A stretch of 64,000 nucleotides of DNA from Nitrospinaceae bacterium (GTDB taxonomy: Bacteria; UBA8248): the NCBI GenBank assembly GCA_018669005.1, contig JABJAL010000020.1, positions 3,117-67,116 on the forward strand. The letters run 5' to 3'. A model generated the notes under the pieces. It had not been told where the DNA came from. It did no database searches and saw nothing but the letters and a program-made list of their open reading frames with translations. How positions within the stretch are numbered: position 1 is the first letter of the stretch; every line of letters begins with the position of its first letter. Below are positions 35,086-44,376 of the stretch, one piece after another. Made by a program: the position numbers and the translations under genes.

Positions 35086-36075
35086 TTATGCGAAGTCGCT
35101 TGCCCAGAGCCCGGCGAGGCGCTCAACAGATGCCTCTGAAAGGCCGGGAGCTCCTGAGCATGCGACCGTCTCCTCGACCTCGGCTACACTGGCGCAACCG
35201 GCCAGGGCAGCCGAGATTTCAGGCCGCATCAGTGCGAACCGGAAGGCCGCCTGGGAGAGGGAACAAGTCTCTGCCTCGGCAAGCCAGGCCAGCTTTTGGC
35301 CCCTTTCAACATCACGGGAATAACCAGAGCCCGGCGAGAGGGAGCGCGGCTCTTTTCCGCCGGTCTTCGGGCTAGCCACCAGGGCGCCCCGTGCAAGAAC
35401 GCGAATGGCAAAAATGCCCATCCCCTGCTCGGCGGCTTTTAGGAGGAGTCCACCGTAGTCGAGCGGCTCATAGCCCGCGGGGGCAGGATAGGCGGCTGTC
35501 GGGTTAAGCAAATTGTAGTAGACCTGGATTGAGTGCAACATGCCGCTCATAACGAGGACGTGGAGGGACTCGGGCCGCCCGAGGCCGGTGAAGCCGAAAA
35601 AACGGACTTTCCCTTTATCTTTCAATATCTTAAAGCCATCTACTACCCCGCCAGGATCAAGCACCTCCTCAGGCGTAATCGAGATATCCCCCCACTGGCC
35701 CTCGGGCGCCACATGGTCGTGGAGCTGGATGAGGTCCACAGATTTTCGCCGCAGGCGCGCGAGGCTCTCCTCGACCGAGGCAACCACTGCGCCTGCAATA
35801 TCCCCGGGCCTATCGGCCCCCAGACGCACCTTGGTTGAGAGCGTCACCTCCGCCTCCAGCTTTTCAAGTGCACGTCCCAAATTCGACTCCGAGCGCCCAT
35901 CGCCATAGGAGGACGCCGTATCGAAGTGGGTAATCCCCAGCTCCAACGCCCGCCTCACCACGCGAAAATGCTCCTCTTCCCGCTCATTGTCCGTCATCAG
36001 GCCGCCGACGGCCCCGCCGCCAAACGAAACTTCCGAAACTTTGAGACCCGTATTTCCCAGCTTCCGGTAGCGCAT
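35086..36075 (-). CDS. Aldo/keto reductase
   Basis: Starts MRYRKLGNTGLKVSEVSFG, with the AKR catalytic tetrad pattern. Confidence 0.85.
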   Translation of the reverse strand: MRYRKLGNTGLKVSEVSFGGGAVGGLMTDNEREEEHFRVVRRALELGITHFDTASSYGDGRSESNLGRALEKLEAEVTLSTKVRLGADRPGDIAGAVVASVEESLARLRRKSVDLIQLHDHVAPEGQWGDISITPEEVLDPGGVVDGFKILKDKGKVRFFGFTGLGRPESLHVLVMSGMLHSIQVYYNLLNPTAAYPAPAGYEPLDYGGLLLKAAEQGMGIFAIRVLARGALVASPKTGGKEPRSLSPGSGYSRDVERGQKLAWLAEAETCSLSQAAFRFALMRPEISAALAGCASVAEVEETVACSGAPGLSEASVERLAGLWASDFA

Positions 36076-36084
36076 TTCTTCACC

Positions 36085-36855
36085 TCAAACCATTGTGCTC
36101 CCGCCATTCACATCAAGCGTAACACCCGTTATATACCCACCCTCGCGGCTGCACAGAAATAAAATAGGCCATGCAATCTCCTCGGGCTCGCACATGCGCC
36201 GAAGAGGCGTTGTCTGCTCAATTTTCGCCGTCTGCGCCTCCGTTCGCATGGCCATCGTCCTCGGGGTGTTTACGCTTGCAGGCGCCACCGCGTTCACGGT
36301 AATCCCATTCGGGCCCAGTTCACGCGCAGCCTGCCGCGTCAGACCTAAAACCCCCGTTTTCGCCGAAGTATAGTGCGGAGAATGATTGCTCGATCGCGCC
36401 GCCGCGCTCGACAGCGTTACAATGCGCCCATACCCCGCCTTTATCATCAATGGCGCCGCCGCCTTGAGCAGATAAAACATCGACTTTAGATTGGCGTCCA
36501 TAACCCCTTCCCAATCCCCAACAGGCATGTCGATAAGGCTGATGTATCGCGGAAACCCGCCAGCGCTGTGAACCAGCACATCCAAACGCCCAACTCGGCT
36601 GTGAACCGCCTCCACCGCCTTCCGGGTCGCCTCAAAGTCGGTGAGATCCACTATCGATGTCGCAGCGTCTCCCCCCTTCCCCCGAATGTCGCCCGCAACA
36701 CGCTCGGCCCCCTTTTCATCAAAATCCATCACAGTGACAGAGGCGCCCTGCCGGGCGAAAAGATGCGAACACGACTCGCCAATACCCGTCGCCCCTCCTG
36801 TCACAATGACGCTTTGTCCATCAAAATTTAAAGTAGTGTTATCCACGGAACTCAC
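36085..36855 (-). CDS. SDR family oxidoreductase
   Basis: TGGATGIG motif and YTSAK (YxxxK). Confidence 0.85.
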   Translation of the reverse strand: MSSVDNTTLNFDGQSVIVTGGATGIGESCSHLFARQGASVTVMDFDEKGAERVAGDIRGKGGDAATSIVDLTDFEATRKAVEAVHSRVGRLDVLVHSAGGFPRYISLIDMPVGDWEGVMDANLKSMFYLLKAAAPLMIKAGYGRIVTLSSAAARSSNHSPHYTSAKTGVLGLTRQAARELGPNGITVNAVAPASVNTPRTMAMRTEAQTAKIEQTTPLRRMCEPEEIAWPILFLCSREGGYITGVTLDVNGGSTMV

Positions 36856-36860
36856 CTCCC

Positions 36861-37754
36861 CTATACAGCTCGATTATCCAGGCCCGCCATCTCGCGCAAC
36901 ACCTCATAGAAAGCGACAGAATCCTTCTCCGCCAGCCCTTTGTTGTAGGCGGCCTGCGCTACCTGAGACCACACGCTCGTCACCATCATCGGCGAGCCGA
37001 AACGCTGGCCCTGCTCAAGCATGAGCCGCGAGTCTTTGAGCGAGATGCGCACCAACCCTTGAGGCGAATAATCCGCATCAAGCATCTTGGGGCCCTTGTC
37101 GATCATCGTCTTCGAGCTGCAAGCGCCATCCTTTAGAACCGTAAGGAGAGTTTCCATATCCATCCCGGCCTTCGTTCCGAGCACCAACCCCTCTCCCAGT
37201 GCCAGGCGATTGGCAGCAAGAATCAAGTTGATGATCAATTTGCACACTGAACCCGAACCTATGGGGCCCATGTGGTAGGCCCCGCGGCTCATGGCGGAAA
37301 AATAAGGTTTACAGGCATCAAAATCCGCCTTATCACCACCTGCGATTATGATAAGATCTTTCTCCCAGGCCATCGTACTTGTACCGCTCACAGCAGAGTC
37401 AAGAAAATGGATTCCTCGCTCGGCGAGTTCTGCGCCAAGACGCTCGGAATCCTCGGGCCGCGAAGTCGACGCATCGCAAAGAATAAATCCCTCCCCAGCA
37501 GATTCGACGATACCCCCATCTCCAAAAACCACCTCCCTGACGATATCGCTCGTGGGGAGTGATGTGACCATCCACTTCGCCCCCTTGGCTGCCTCTGCGG
37601 GTGACGACACGGGGATGCCCCCCCGTTCGGCAAATTCATCCACTCTTTTACCGTCAACATCAAAGCCCTGAACCTCAAAACCCGCCTCTATAAGATGCGC
37701 AGACAATGCCGACCCCATGAGGCCAATTCCGGCTATCCCAACTCGCTCACCCAT
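36861..37754 (-). CDS. NAD(P)-dependent 3-hydroxyisobutyrate-dehydrogenase-like oxidoreductase
   Basis: The N-terminal Rossmann motif is GIAGIGLMGSAL, with a 6PGD-like C-terminal domain. Confidence 0.8.
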   Translation of the reverse strand: MGERVGIAGIGLMGSALSAHLIEAGFEVQGFDVDGKRVDEFAERGGIPVSSPAEAAKGAKWMVTSLPTSDIVREVVFGDGGIVESAGEGFILCDASTSRPEDSERLGAELAERGIHFLDSAVSGTSTMAWEKDLIIIAGGDKADFDACKPYFSAMSRGAYHMGPIGSGSVCKLIINLILAANRLALGEGLVLGTKAGMDMETLLTVLKDGACSSKTMIDKGPKMLDADYSPQGLVRISLKDSRLMLEQGQRFGSPMMVTSVWSQVAQAAYNKGLAEKDSVAFYEVLREMAGLDNRAV

Positions 37755-38027
37755 CACATACACCTCCTTCAAGAAAAAAAAGAATAAAACCCGACAAAAT
37801 GGCCGGGAGCAGATACAGGTCAACATCCAATATTATCGTCATAAAAAAGTGCAGGCCGCCTACCAAAAGGAGAACTACCGTCATTTTCATGATCATATTG
37901 GAAGCTGTATCGATAAGGTCAGATTACAATGGAGAATGAACCACCGGCAAGGCGTCCGTCGCATACAGAAGTGGAAAAATCGGACCCAGCTCAAGGTATC
38001 CGCCGGGCAATGAGCTTACTTACAATA

Positions 38028-38591
38028 CTATTTTGGCCATCCATCGGCCGTTTTATCATTTTCTTCGATATTTTTGGGAATAACGATATTTTCGTTTGCT
38101 TCCCGAAGCCTCGCCGACATCTGCTGGGCGACACCAAGCAAGACCTTGTAGGCCAAGGTGGGCATCCGGGTATTCAGAACTCGTACGGGGATAAAGAACA
38201 ATATCGTGGTCTCTGAAGCAGTAGCGGTTGCTGTGCGCGGAATGTTCTCCAAAAGCGCCATTTCGCCAAGCACTTCACCAGCATGAAGCCGCGCCACCTC
38301 CTTGTCATCCATTTCAATGACAACCTCACCCGACACAATGAGATAAAAATGGTCGGCAGAAGCGCCTTCCTTAAAAATAACAGCACTGGGCTCATAGGTT
38401 TCCTGTTTGCACATTCTAAGGAAATCACTGATTTCCCCCTCGCTCATTTCTGAGAAAAAATTATAATTTTTTTGAAGCTTATGAATCAGCTTCAATAAAT
38501 TAGCGGGAATGATAGGACGGGCTTTTAAGGTGCGTCCCTGGGGAGCTTTTGCTCCTGCAGGATCATTTTCGGTTTCAACGTTACCGCTCAT
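38028..38591 (-). CDS. Stand-alone cyclic-nucleotide-binding domain protein (second copy)
   Basis: The motif is GEVLGEMALLENIPRTATA. It is low-GC. Confidence 0.65.
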   Translation of the reverse strand: MSGNVETENDPAGAKAPQGRTLKARPIIPANLLKLIHKLQKNYNFFSEMSEGEISDFLRMCKQETYEPSAVIFKEGASADHFYLIVSGEVVIEMDDKEVARLHAGEVLGEMALLENIPRTATATASETTILFFIPVRVLNTRMPTLAYKVLLGVAQQMSARLREANENIVIPKNIEENDKTADGWPK

Positions 38592-38928
38592 GGAAACTAT
38601 CCCCTCTAGGGATTCGTTGAAATCATTCGCCACTCATCTCAGATTAAAACATCCGCGATAAAACTTAACAACAACATACTACAATCATACACCATAATGA
38701 CATATGTGACGGCGATCTCTTTTTTGAAATAAATTCATTTTGATATTTAAACTATTTTGATTATCTGAATTGAAAACATAAAGCCTGTCCTGAATTTCTT
38801 GCTACATTGTAATCGAGCATTTTCCATAGCAAAAGAAATTGCACTGACCGTATTCGTCTTCTTCTTCCTTATGCACAAAAACATTTCGCTTAGCAAGAAC
38901 ATGATACTCGAATAAATGGAGACGCCCG

Positions 38929-39294
38929 ATGCCTACAACGATAGAAGAAAGAGTTCACGAAAGAAAAAGCATTGACGCAAACACAGCAATATTCGATGCA
39001 CCTGCACTCAGCGGAAAAATCATTTCATACAAGGACATCAGTTTTGGCGGATTGATGATTGAGTCGTCTATTCCTCTTGAGGTTTGCACCACAATCCCAT
39101 GCTCGATTCAGATCAACGGCAACACCTTCATGGACTGCGAGGCTACGGTGGCGTGGATATCAGAAAACAAGACGACACCACCCGTATGGAAAATAGGTTT
39201 TTTGCTTCGAGTGCCTGAAAATCGGCGGAATGAATACGAAGACACCATTGAAGAGGCTTTTCCTTCCTACGAGACCCCGCCCTCGAGAGCCTAA
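38929..39294 (+). CDS. PilZ domain protein (c-di-GMP receptor-like)
   Basis: The N-terminal RxxxR motif is EERVHERK, and the D-I-S-F-G-G (DxSxGG) motif is present. Confidence 0.5.
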   Translation: MPTTIEERVHERKSIDANTAIFDAPALSGKIISYKDISFGGLMIESSIPLEVCTTIPCSIQINGNTFMDCEATVAWISENKTTPPVWKIGFLLRVPENRRNEYEDTIEEAFPSYETPPSRA

Positions 39295-39438
39295 AGTCAC
39301 AAAACCCCACCGGCAGGGAATTTTCAGCAGGAAAATTCCCTGCCAAATTCATCGATTTTTTGGTATTCTACCTCTGAAGCTAAGCGGGAAGGCCTGATAT
39401 TTGTGTATCAAATTGGCTTAACTGGGGAGCGTGGGGCG

Positions 39439-39885
39439 ATGAAGAAAATACTGTCTACCATTTTTTTTGCTGTACTTCTTATTGTTGTGATTTCGGCTGG
39501 CAGCGCGGAGGCCCGGCGTAGAACACATTTCGGCGTGGGACTACATTTTCTCTTTGCTCTGGGCCACTACGGGCATCATCATCACCATTACGGCCACTAC
39601 CCATACGCACCGAAGATATATCTTGAATACAGCGACCGTTTCCTTCTATCGGAGAATACCAATCACACACTCGAAACGGCCCGCTCGGGCGAGAAGGTGA
39701 GATGGACAAACCCAGAAACGGGAATTATGGGTTCGGTCGTCGCCAGACCTGCCTATAAAAATGCCAGGGGACAGTATTGCCGGGCATACGAGCAGAAGCT
39801 AAGAGACGCTAGGCTCATCCAGCGCGGCTACGACACCGCCTGCCGCCTCCCCGATGGAAAATGGGAGAACGACCCTCAGCGATAA
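39439..39885 (+). CDS. Secreted His-rich protein with C-terminal 17-kDa-surface-antigen-like domain
   Basis: It has a signal peptide, the His stretch HYGHHHHHYGHYPY and the motif GQYCRAY...DTACRLPDGKW. Confidence 0.5.
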   Translation: MKKILSTIFFAVLLIVVISAGSAEARRRTHFGVGLHFLFALGHYGHHHHHYGHYPYAPKIYLEYSDRFLLSENTNHTLETARSGEKVRWTNPETGIMGSVVARPAYKNARGQYCRAYEQKLRDARLIQRGYDTACRLPDGKWENDPQR

Positions 39886-39922
39886 GTTCCACAAAATCAG
39901 CTATTTTTTATCTCGCCTGAAA

Positions 39923-40306
39923 TTACTCTATAAACACCTTGCCGCTTTTATACGGATTCGAGCAGCCGCCGTAGCCGCCGACACCCTCGACGGGCTCGGT
40001 TGCGCTCTCCACTTCTGTACAGTGGACCTCGCCTCTCGGAATAAACATAAAATCTCCGGGCTCGGTCACGAATTTCTCCAGCTCCTCGCCGATATACCAA
40101 ACCGCCGTTCCCGAAATGCAATACCAGATCAAATCGCCATCGGTATGGTAGTGGCGCTTGCTTCTGCTCGCGGGAGGGAAATGGGTTTTCACCAACGTGG
40201 CGGTTTCGATTCCAGTCGTCTCGTCGGTGATTCCGAATGTGAGTTCGAAACCAGGCTCATATTTTTCGTCAACAGGAAGATTTTTTACACTCAATACCTT
40301 AGCCAT
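39923..40306 (-). CDS. Cupin domain protein (127 aa)
   Basis: Start at MAKVLSV with an AAAGGA RBS. The cupin motifs are HYHTDGDLIWY and GEVH. The longer 240-aa ORF extension has no RBS or codon signal. Confidence 0.65.
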   Translation of the reverse strand: MAKVLSVKNLPVDEKYEPGFELTFGITDETTGIETATLVKTHFPPASRSKRHYHTDGDLIWYCISGTAVWYIGEELEKFVTEPGDFMFIPRGEVHCTEVESATEPVEGVGGYGGCSNPYKSGKVFIE

Positions 40307-40368
40307 GAGAATTCCTTTCACCGAAAAAGAGAAAAGTACCAAACTTTCCAATCCAATCGAAAATAAAC

Positions 40369-41493
40369 CTAAAGCTCCGCTTCGATCTCCTCGGGAGAAA
40401 TGGGGAGCGACAATGGCTTCTTCCGCTTCGCCGAAAGATCGCAGGCCATTGTCATCATCAAATTGCGATGACCTTCCGCTCCGGTGGCGTGGGGGGTGTC
40501 CACACCGGTATAGAGCCGCGCGAGCCAGGCGTTCGATTCCTCGCGCATGGGACCCCAGAATTGACCATTGGACATATCGCCCGGCGGATAGCTGCACAAG
40601 AACGTCACGTTCTTCTGGTCGCTGCTGCCGCGATGACTCTGCCATGGTTTTTCGGAGGCCATCACCATATCCCGGTGGGTGTCGTCGATGGTTAACACGC
40701 CCTCGGTCCCGACAATCCCGATTTCAAGGCTGTAGGTCGAGGCAGGCCAGACTTTAGGCAGCGCCCAGCAACAGGACATACTCCAGAGGGTCCCGTCATC
40801 GAAGGTAAATATGCTGAAGGTCGAATCCTGGGTGCCCAAGCCGGCGAAGGATTTATCGACCGAGCGGGCATAGACCTCGGCAGGCTTTTTCCCCTCACCA
40901 AGCACCCAGAAAATTACGTCCAGCGCATGGGTGCCCGAGACCACCATCGGCGTGAGCCTCGAGCGGTCCTCGTTGGCCTCGAGGCGGGTGGGACCCGTCA
41001 ACCCGTTTAAAAAAGCGCGGGTCGTGGCCGAGGTAATATCGCCCAACATGCCCTGGGCGACCTGCTCGCGGGCGGTCAGCCAGCGGCGACGGAAACGCTG
41101 TGTGTAGCCCACAAGGAGATCGACGCCGGCCTTATCGGCGGCCTCGACTATCCCCGCGGACTCGACCACGTTGGTCGCCAGCGGTTTTTCCACGAGGATG
41201 CTGTGGCCGTGCTCGATGGCCGCCCATAGGGTTCCCGCGTGCTCGTTCTCATCTGTTGCAAGTACAGCGGCGTTGACCTCCGAGCGCCCCAGAAGCTCCT
41301 TATAGTCGGTGCAATAAAAATCGGCTCCCAGCTCCTCGGCAACCGCCTTGGCGCGCCCCTCGTCTATGTCGCAGCAGCCTATCCACTCGACTCCTGGATA
41401 TTCTGCCGCGCAACGTCCACGAATCTGCCCCACACGACCGCAGCCGACAATCGCCAAGCCGATAGGATTCTTTGTCAGCCCCTTGATGCCCAT
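40369..41493 (-). CDS. Gfo/Idh/MocA family oxidoreductase
   Basis: N-terminal Rossmann motif LAIVGCGRVGQ and a GFOR-like C-terminal domain. Confidence 0.8.
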   Translation of the reverse strand: MGIKGLTKNPIGLAIVGCGRVGQIRGRCAAEYPGVEWIGCCDIDEGRAKAVAEELGADFYCTDYKELLGRSEVNAAVLATDENEHAGTLWAAIEHGHSILVEKPLATNVVESAGIVEAADKAGVDLLVGYTQRFRRRWLTAREQVAQGMLGDITSATTRAFLNGLTGPTRLEANEDRSRLTPMVVSGTHALDVIFWVLGEGKKPAEVYARSVDKSFAGLGTQDSTFSIFTFDDGTLWSMSCCWALPKVWPASTYSLEIGIVGTEGVLTIDDTHRDMVMASEKPWQSHRGSSDQKNVTFLCSYPPGDMSNGQFWGPMREESNAWLARLYTGVDTPHATGAEGHRNLMMTMACDLSAKRKKPLSLPISPEEIEAEL

Positions 41494-41605
41494 TAGCGCC
41501 CCCATTTCCTTATTGCGTAAAAAGATGACAGATAAAATAACGTAATTTAAAACCCTGGCCCACTACAAATTGAGGCGGAATCTCCAAATGCTAAGGAGGC
41601 TCGCC

Positions 41606-42781
41606 CTACTCCTCATCCACGATGGCAAACATGGGGTCTGCCGCAGGCACATAGGTCTCGGGCACGCCCAGCTCCCGGCGGACGATGTTCGTGCCTCGGG
41701 CCAGAGCGACCATCTTATAAAAGGCATGCCGCCGGCCCATTCCCTCGCGCCCGAACCCCGTGTCGGTCGTAATACAAAGCCGCTCGGCAGGAATAACCTC
41801 AAGCGCCTTTCGTATCAAAGAAGCCACGTCCTCGGGACGCTCAACCTCAAGGGTGCGCGCATTGATGACGCCAATTCCGATCTTGGGCCCGGTGATGTGC
41901 TCGGCGATGGACGAAAGATCCATCCCACCGGTGCTCGCACACTCAAAGGTGAGCACATCCGCCTCAAGCTCGTTCATGTAGGCAAGGGCCGGCTCATAGC
42001 TTTCCTCAAAGCCCCCGCCGCGCTGCTGCGCAGGATTTCCCCAGCTTGTGTGAACCCAAAGCTCAAGTTTATCCCTGAGCCCGCGAACGCTTCGGTTGAA
42101 GAAGCCAATACTTTCCTGGGCCTCGGCCTCAATATTCGAGGATTGAAAATCCAAACGGTGGACCCAAGGCTCCTCAACCTGAAAAACGGTGGCGCCAGCC
42201 GCAGCCAACCCGTGAAACTCCGCGTTCATAATGTCGCAGAGAACGCCTATGAGCTCGGCTTTGTCTTCGTAGTAGACGTTGGGGATCATCCGGCCCACCT
42301 GCTCGGGGCTCACCATCCCAATTTTAACGGGTCGGGAGGTCATCTGCTGGGCACAGCGCCAAAGCTGGGTAAGCTCAATGTGGCCGGGGCCAATCTTTTC
42401 CATGACAATAGGGAGCACCCTCGAATTGTGCACTTCGTAGAGAAGGCTGCCCATCGCTTGTGAGTTCCGCCGTGGATATTTATATTGTGCGGAATGGTAA
42501 TCCGACACACCGTCGAGGCGCTCCATGACGTAGCTGACCCACGAGCGTCCACCCACGTCGTTGTCGAAGCGCGCATCGCCGTCCGAGACGATATCGAGAC
42601 CCGCACGTTCCTGGTCGCGAATGAAGCTCGAGACCGCATCAAGGTACTGCTCGCGGTGAAGACTATCGACCATCGCGGCGCGAAGGGGCTGGCCGGCTAG
42701 ATTTCTGTTGAACCAAGCTGGCCGCGGGAGCGAGCCAGCCATGGTGGTCGGAAGCACTTTGCCTTTTGTGGCGGTGTACAC
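41606..42781 (-). CDS. Cobalamin-independent methionine synthase (MetE C-terminal domain)-like protein
   Basis: A URO-D/MetE-like TIM-barrel pattern, with Zn ligands H/C/E/C implied. Confidence 0.7.
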   Translation of the reverse strand: MYTATKGKVLPTTMAGSLPRPAWFNRNLAGQPLRAAMVDSLHREQYLDAVSSFIRDQERAGLDIVSDGDARFDNDVGGRSWVSYVMERLDGVSDYHSAQYKYPRRNSQAMGSLLYEVHNSRVLPIVMEKIGPGHIELTQLWRCAQQMTSRPVKIGMVSPEQVGRMIPNVYYEDKAELIGVLCDIMNAEFHGLAAAGATVFQVEEPWVHRLDFQSSNIEAEAQESIGFFNRSVRGLRDKLELWVHTSWGNPAQQRGGGFEESYEPALAYMNELEADVLTFECASTGGMDLSSIAEHITGPKIGIGVINARTLEVERPEDVASLIRKALEVIPAERLCITTDTGFGREGMGRRHAFYKMVALARGTNIVRRELGVPETYVPAADPMFAIVDEE

Positions 42782-42926
42782 GTCTCGGGCTCCTATAATT
42801 GGGTCAGTCGAAAATTTTATTTAGTCCGATTATCATAAAGGAAGTTGGAGCCATCGGGAACCAGGACGGGCCTGATTAAGATGGTTTTACGAAATCGCCA
42901 TAAAACAGATATAAGGAGAAACGAAG

Positions 42927-43580
42927 ATGGCAAGAGTTCCGCTGCTAACCCCCGAGGATGCCCAAGGAGAGGTAGCGCGCACCTTCGAGATATTTGGCAA
43001 ATTCCAGAAGCGCAATGTCCACTCCGTGCGCGCAACGGCCAACTCGCCGTTTCTCGCCCGGATTTTCTACCCCCTCGTACAGACCTTGATGCGCGAGGGC
43101 CTGGGGACCGTCCTCTCCTCAAAGCTCAAGGAGATTGCCACCATCAAGACCAGCCAGCTAAACGGCTGCGACTACTGACTTCTCCACAACACCATGCTCG
43201 GCCGGGCGCTGGGCATCACCGATGAAATGGTCGAGGCCATTGGTTCCGATAACTATATGGACTCGCCCCTGCTCACTGATCGTGAAAAGGCCACCGTCCT
43301 ATGGGCCGAACACGTCACCCTCAACACAGCCAAACACCGCGACGACATCGCCGCCGAGGTGCAAAAACATTTCTCCGACCAAGAGTTTGTCGAGCTCACC
43401 TTCGTGACCAGCTACTTCAACATGCGTAACCGCTACCACGATTCGCTCCAGCTACCCCTCGATGAGGTCGAAGTTGCCGGGGACATCAGTCGCCTCCGGC
43501 CGGATCCAGACAAACTCAAATCATTTCTGCAAAATATTCTCGACAACTGGCCCGACAAATTCCCCGAGCCAAACGATTAA
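42927..43580 (+). CDS. AhpD-like / carboxymuconolactone-decarboxylase family selenoprotein (in-frame TGA at 43176..43178, CxxU motif)
   Basis: The ORFs 42927..43178 and 43194..43580 share one frame and are joined by the single TGA. The context ...QLNGCDY-U-LLHNT equals the CMD/AhpD C-x-x-C-x-x-H catalytic motif, with Cys2 replaced by U. Confidence 0.65.
43194..43216 (+). other. Candidate bacterial SECIS hairpin (9-bp stem incl. 2 G-U pairs, CGGGC loop) starting 15 nt after UGA
   Basis: AUGCUCGGC-CGGGC-GCUGGGCAU. Confidence 0.45.
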
Positions 43581-43622
43581 TTTTTTCACTCAATTTTCAG
43601 ACCTTATTAAAGGAGACTTCTG

Positions 43623-44339
43623 ATGGACCGAGGCATTTGGGCAATCTGGTACGATCTTCCCGAAGAGGGACGCGAGGAATATCTCGCCTGGCTTCATGAA
43701 GTGCACCTCCCCGCGGCTCTCAAGCGGCCCGGCTACCTATGGGCGGCCCATGTCGAAAATATCTGGGACGAGGCGCATGAAGCCCATAAAGCCAAAGTCC
43801 TCACCTGGACCGACGATCCCGCCATACCCACCGGAAACGACTACCTCCTCCTGTTCGGAGCCGAACTCCCCACCACTTTCCTCGACCCCAGCCCCGCCCA
43901 ACTCGCCGAGAAATGGGGCAGCGATGAGCGTGAAATGCTCACCCGGCGGATCGGCGCGCGCCAGTGCATCTTCATGGAGCGCGACCGCATCGAGGGCTAC
44001 GAGGTTAGCACCCGTGCGCCCGGCATCACGCCCGGCCCCGCCATCCAGGTCGGCACATTCAACACCCCTCTAGAGTACGAAGAAGAACTCGGCTCGTGGT
44101 ACTCCCAGGTGCGTATGCCGCGCCTGACGAAAATGGATGGTTGCATCGGAGCGCGAAATCTCATTTCGGTCGCCGGATGGGCCCATCATGCAATCATGTA
44201 CGAATGGACTTCCATCGAATCGCTACAAAAGAATTTCACCACTGAGGGCACGCCGCGCTCAAGAGAGGCTGTGAATAACCTCGTCCACGCACCGAAATCG
44301 CCCACCCTGGGACAGCGAATCTGGCCGCCGGTGGAATAA
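43623..44339 (+). CDS. Hypothetical protein (238 aa)
   Basis: An ORF with good coding potential and no confident family. Confidence 0.45.
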   Translation: MDRGIWAIWYDLPEEGREEYLAWLHEVHLPAALKRPGYLWAAHVENIWDEAHEAHKAKVLTWTDDPAIPTGNDYLLLFGAELPTTFLDPSPAQLAEKWGSDEREMLTRRIGARQCIFMERDRIEGYEVSTRAPGITPGPAIQVGTFNTPLEYEEELGSWYSQVRMPRLTKMDGCIGARNLISVAGWAHHAIMYEWTSIESLQKNFTTEGTPRSREAVNNLVHAPKSPTLGQRIWPPVE

Positions 44340-44376
44340 ACTACGTCTTTGGTATCGTATTGATAAGGAGCCCAGC

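Noticed and set aside
39923-40645. 240-aa ORF with a long N-terminal extension
   Set aside because: The extension has no RBS and a poor, Arg/Ser/Gly-rich high-GC antisense-like composition. An internal ATG at 40306 with an AAAGGA RBS gives a complete 127-aa cupin.
42927-43580. Two separate small genes, or a nonsense-mutated CMD pseudogene
   Set aside because: The split falls exactly on Cys2 of the catalytic CxxC motif, the frame is maintained, and a SECIS-like hairpin follows at canonical spacing. A pseudogene remains a fallback if the genome lacks sel genes.
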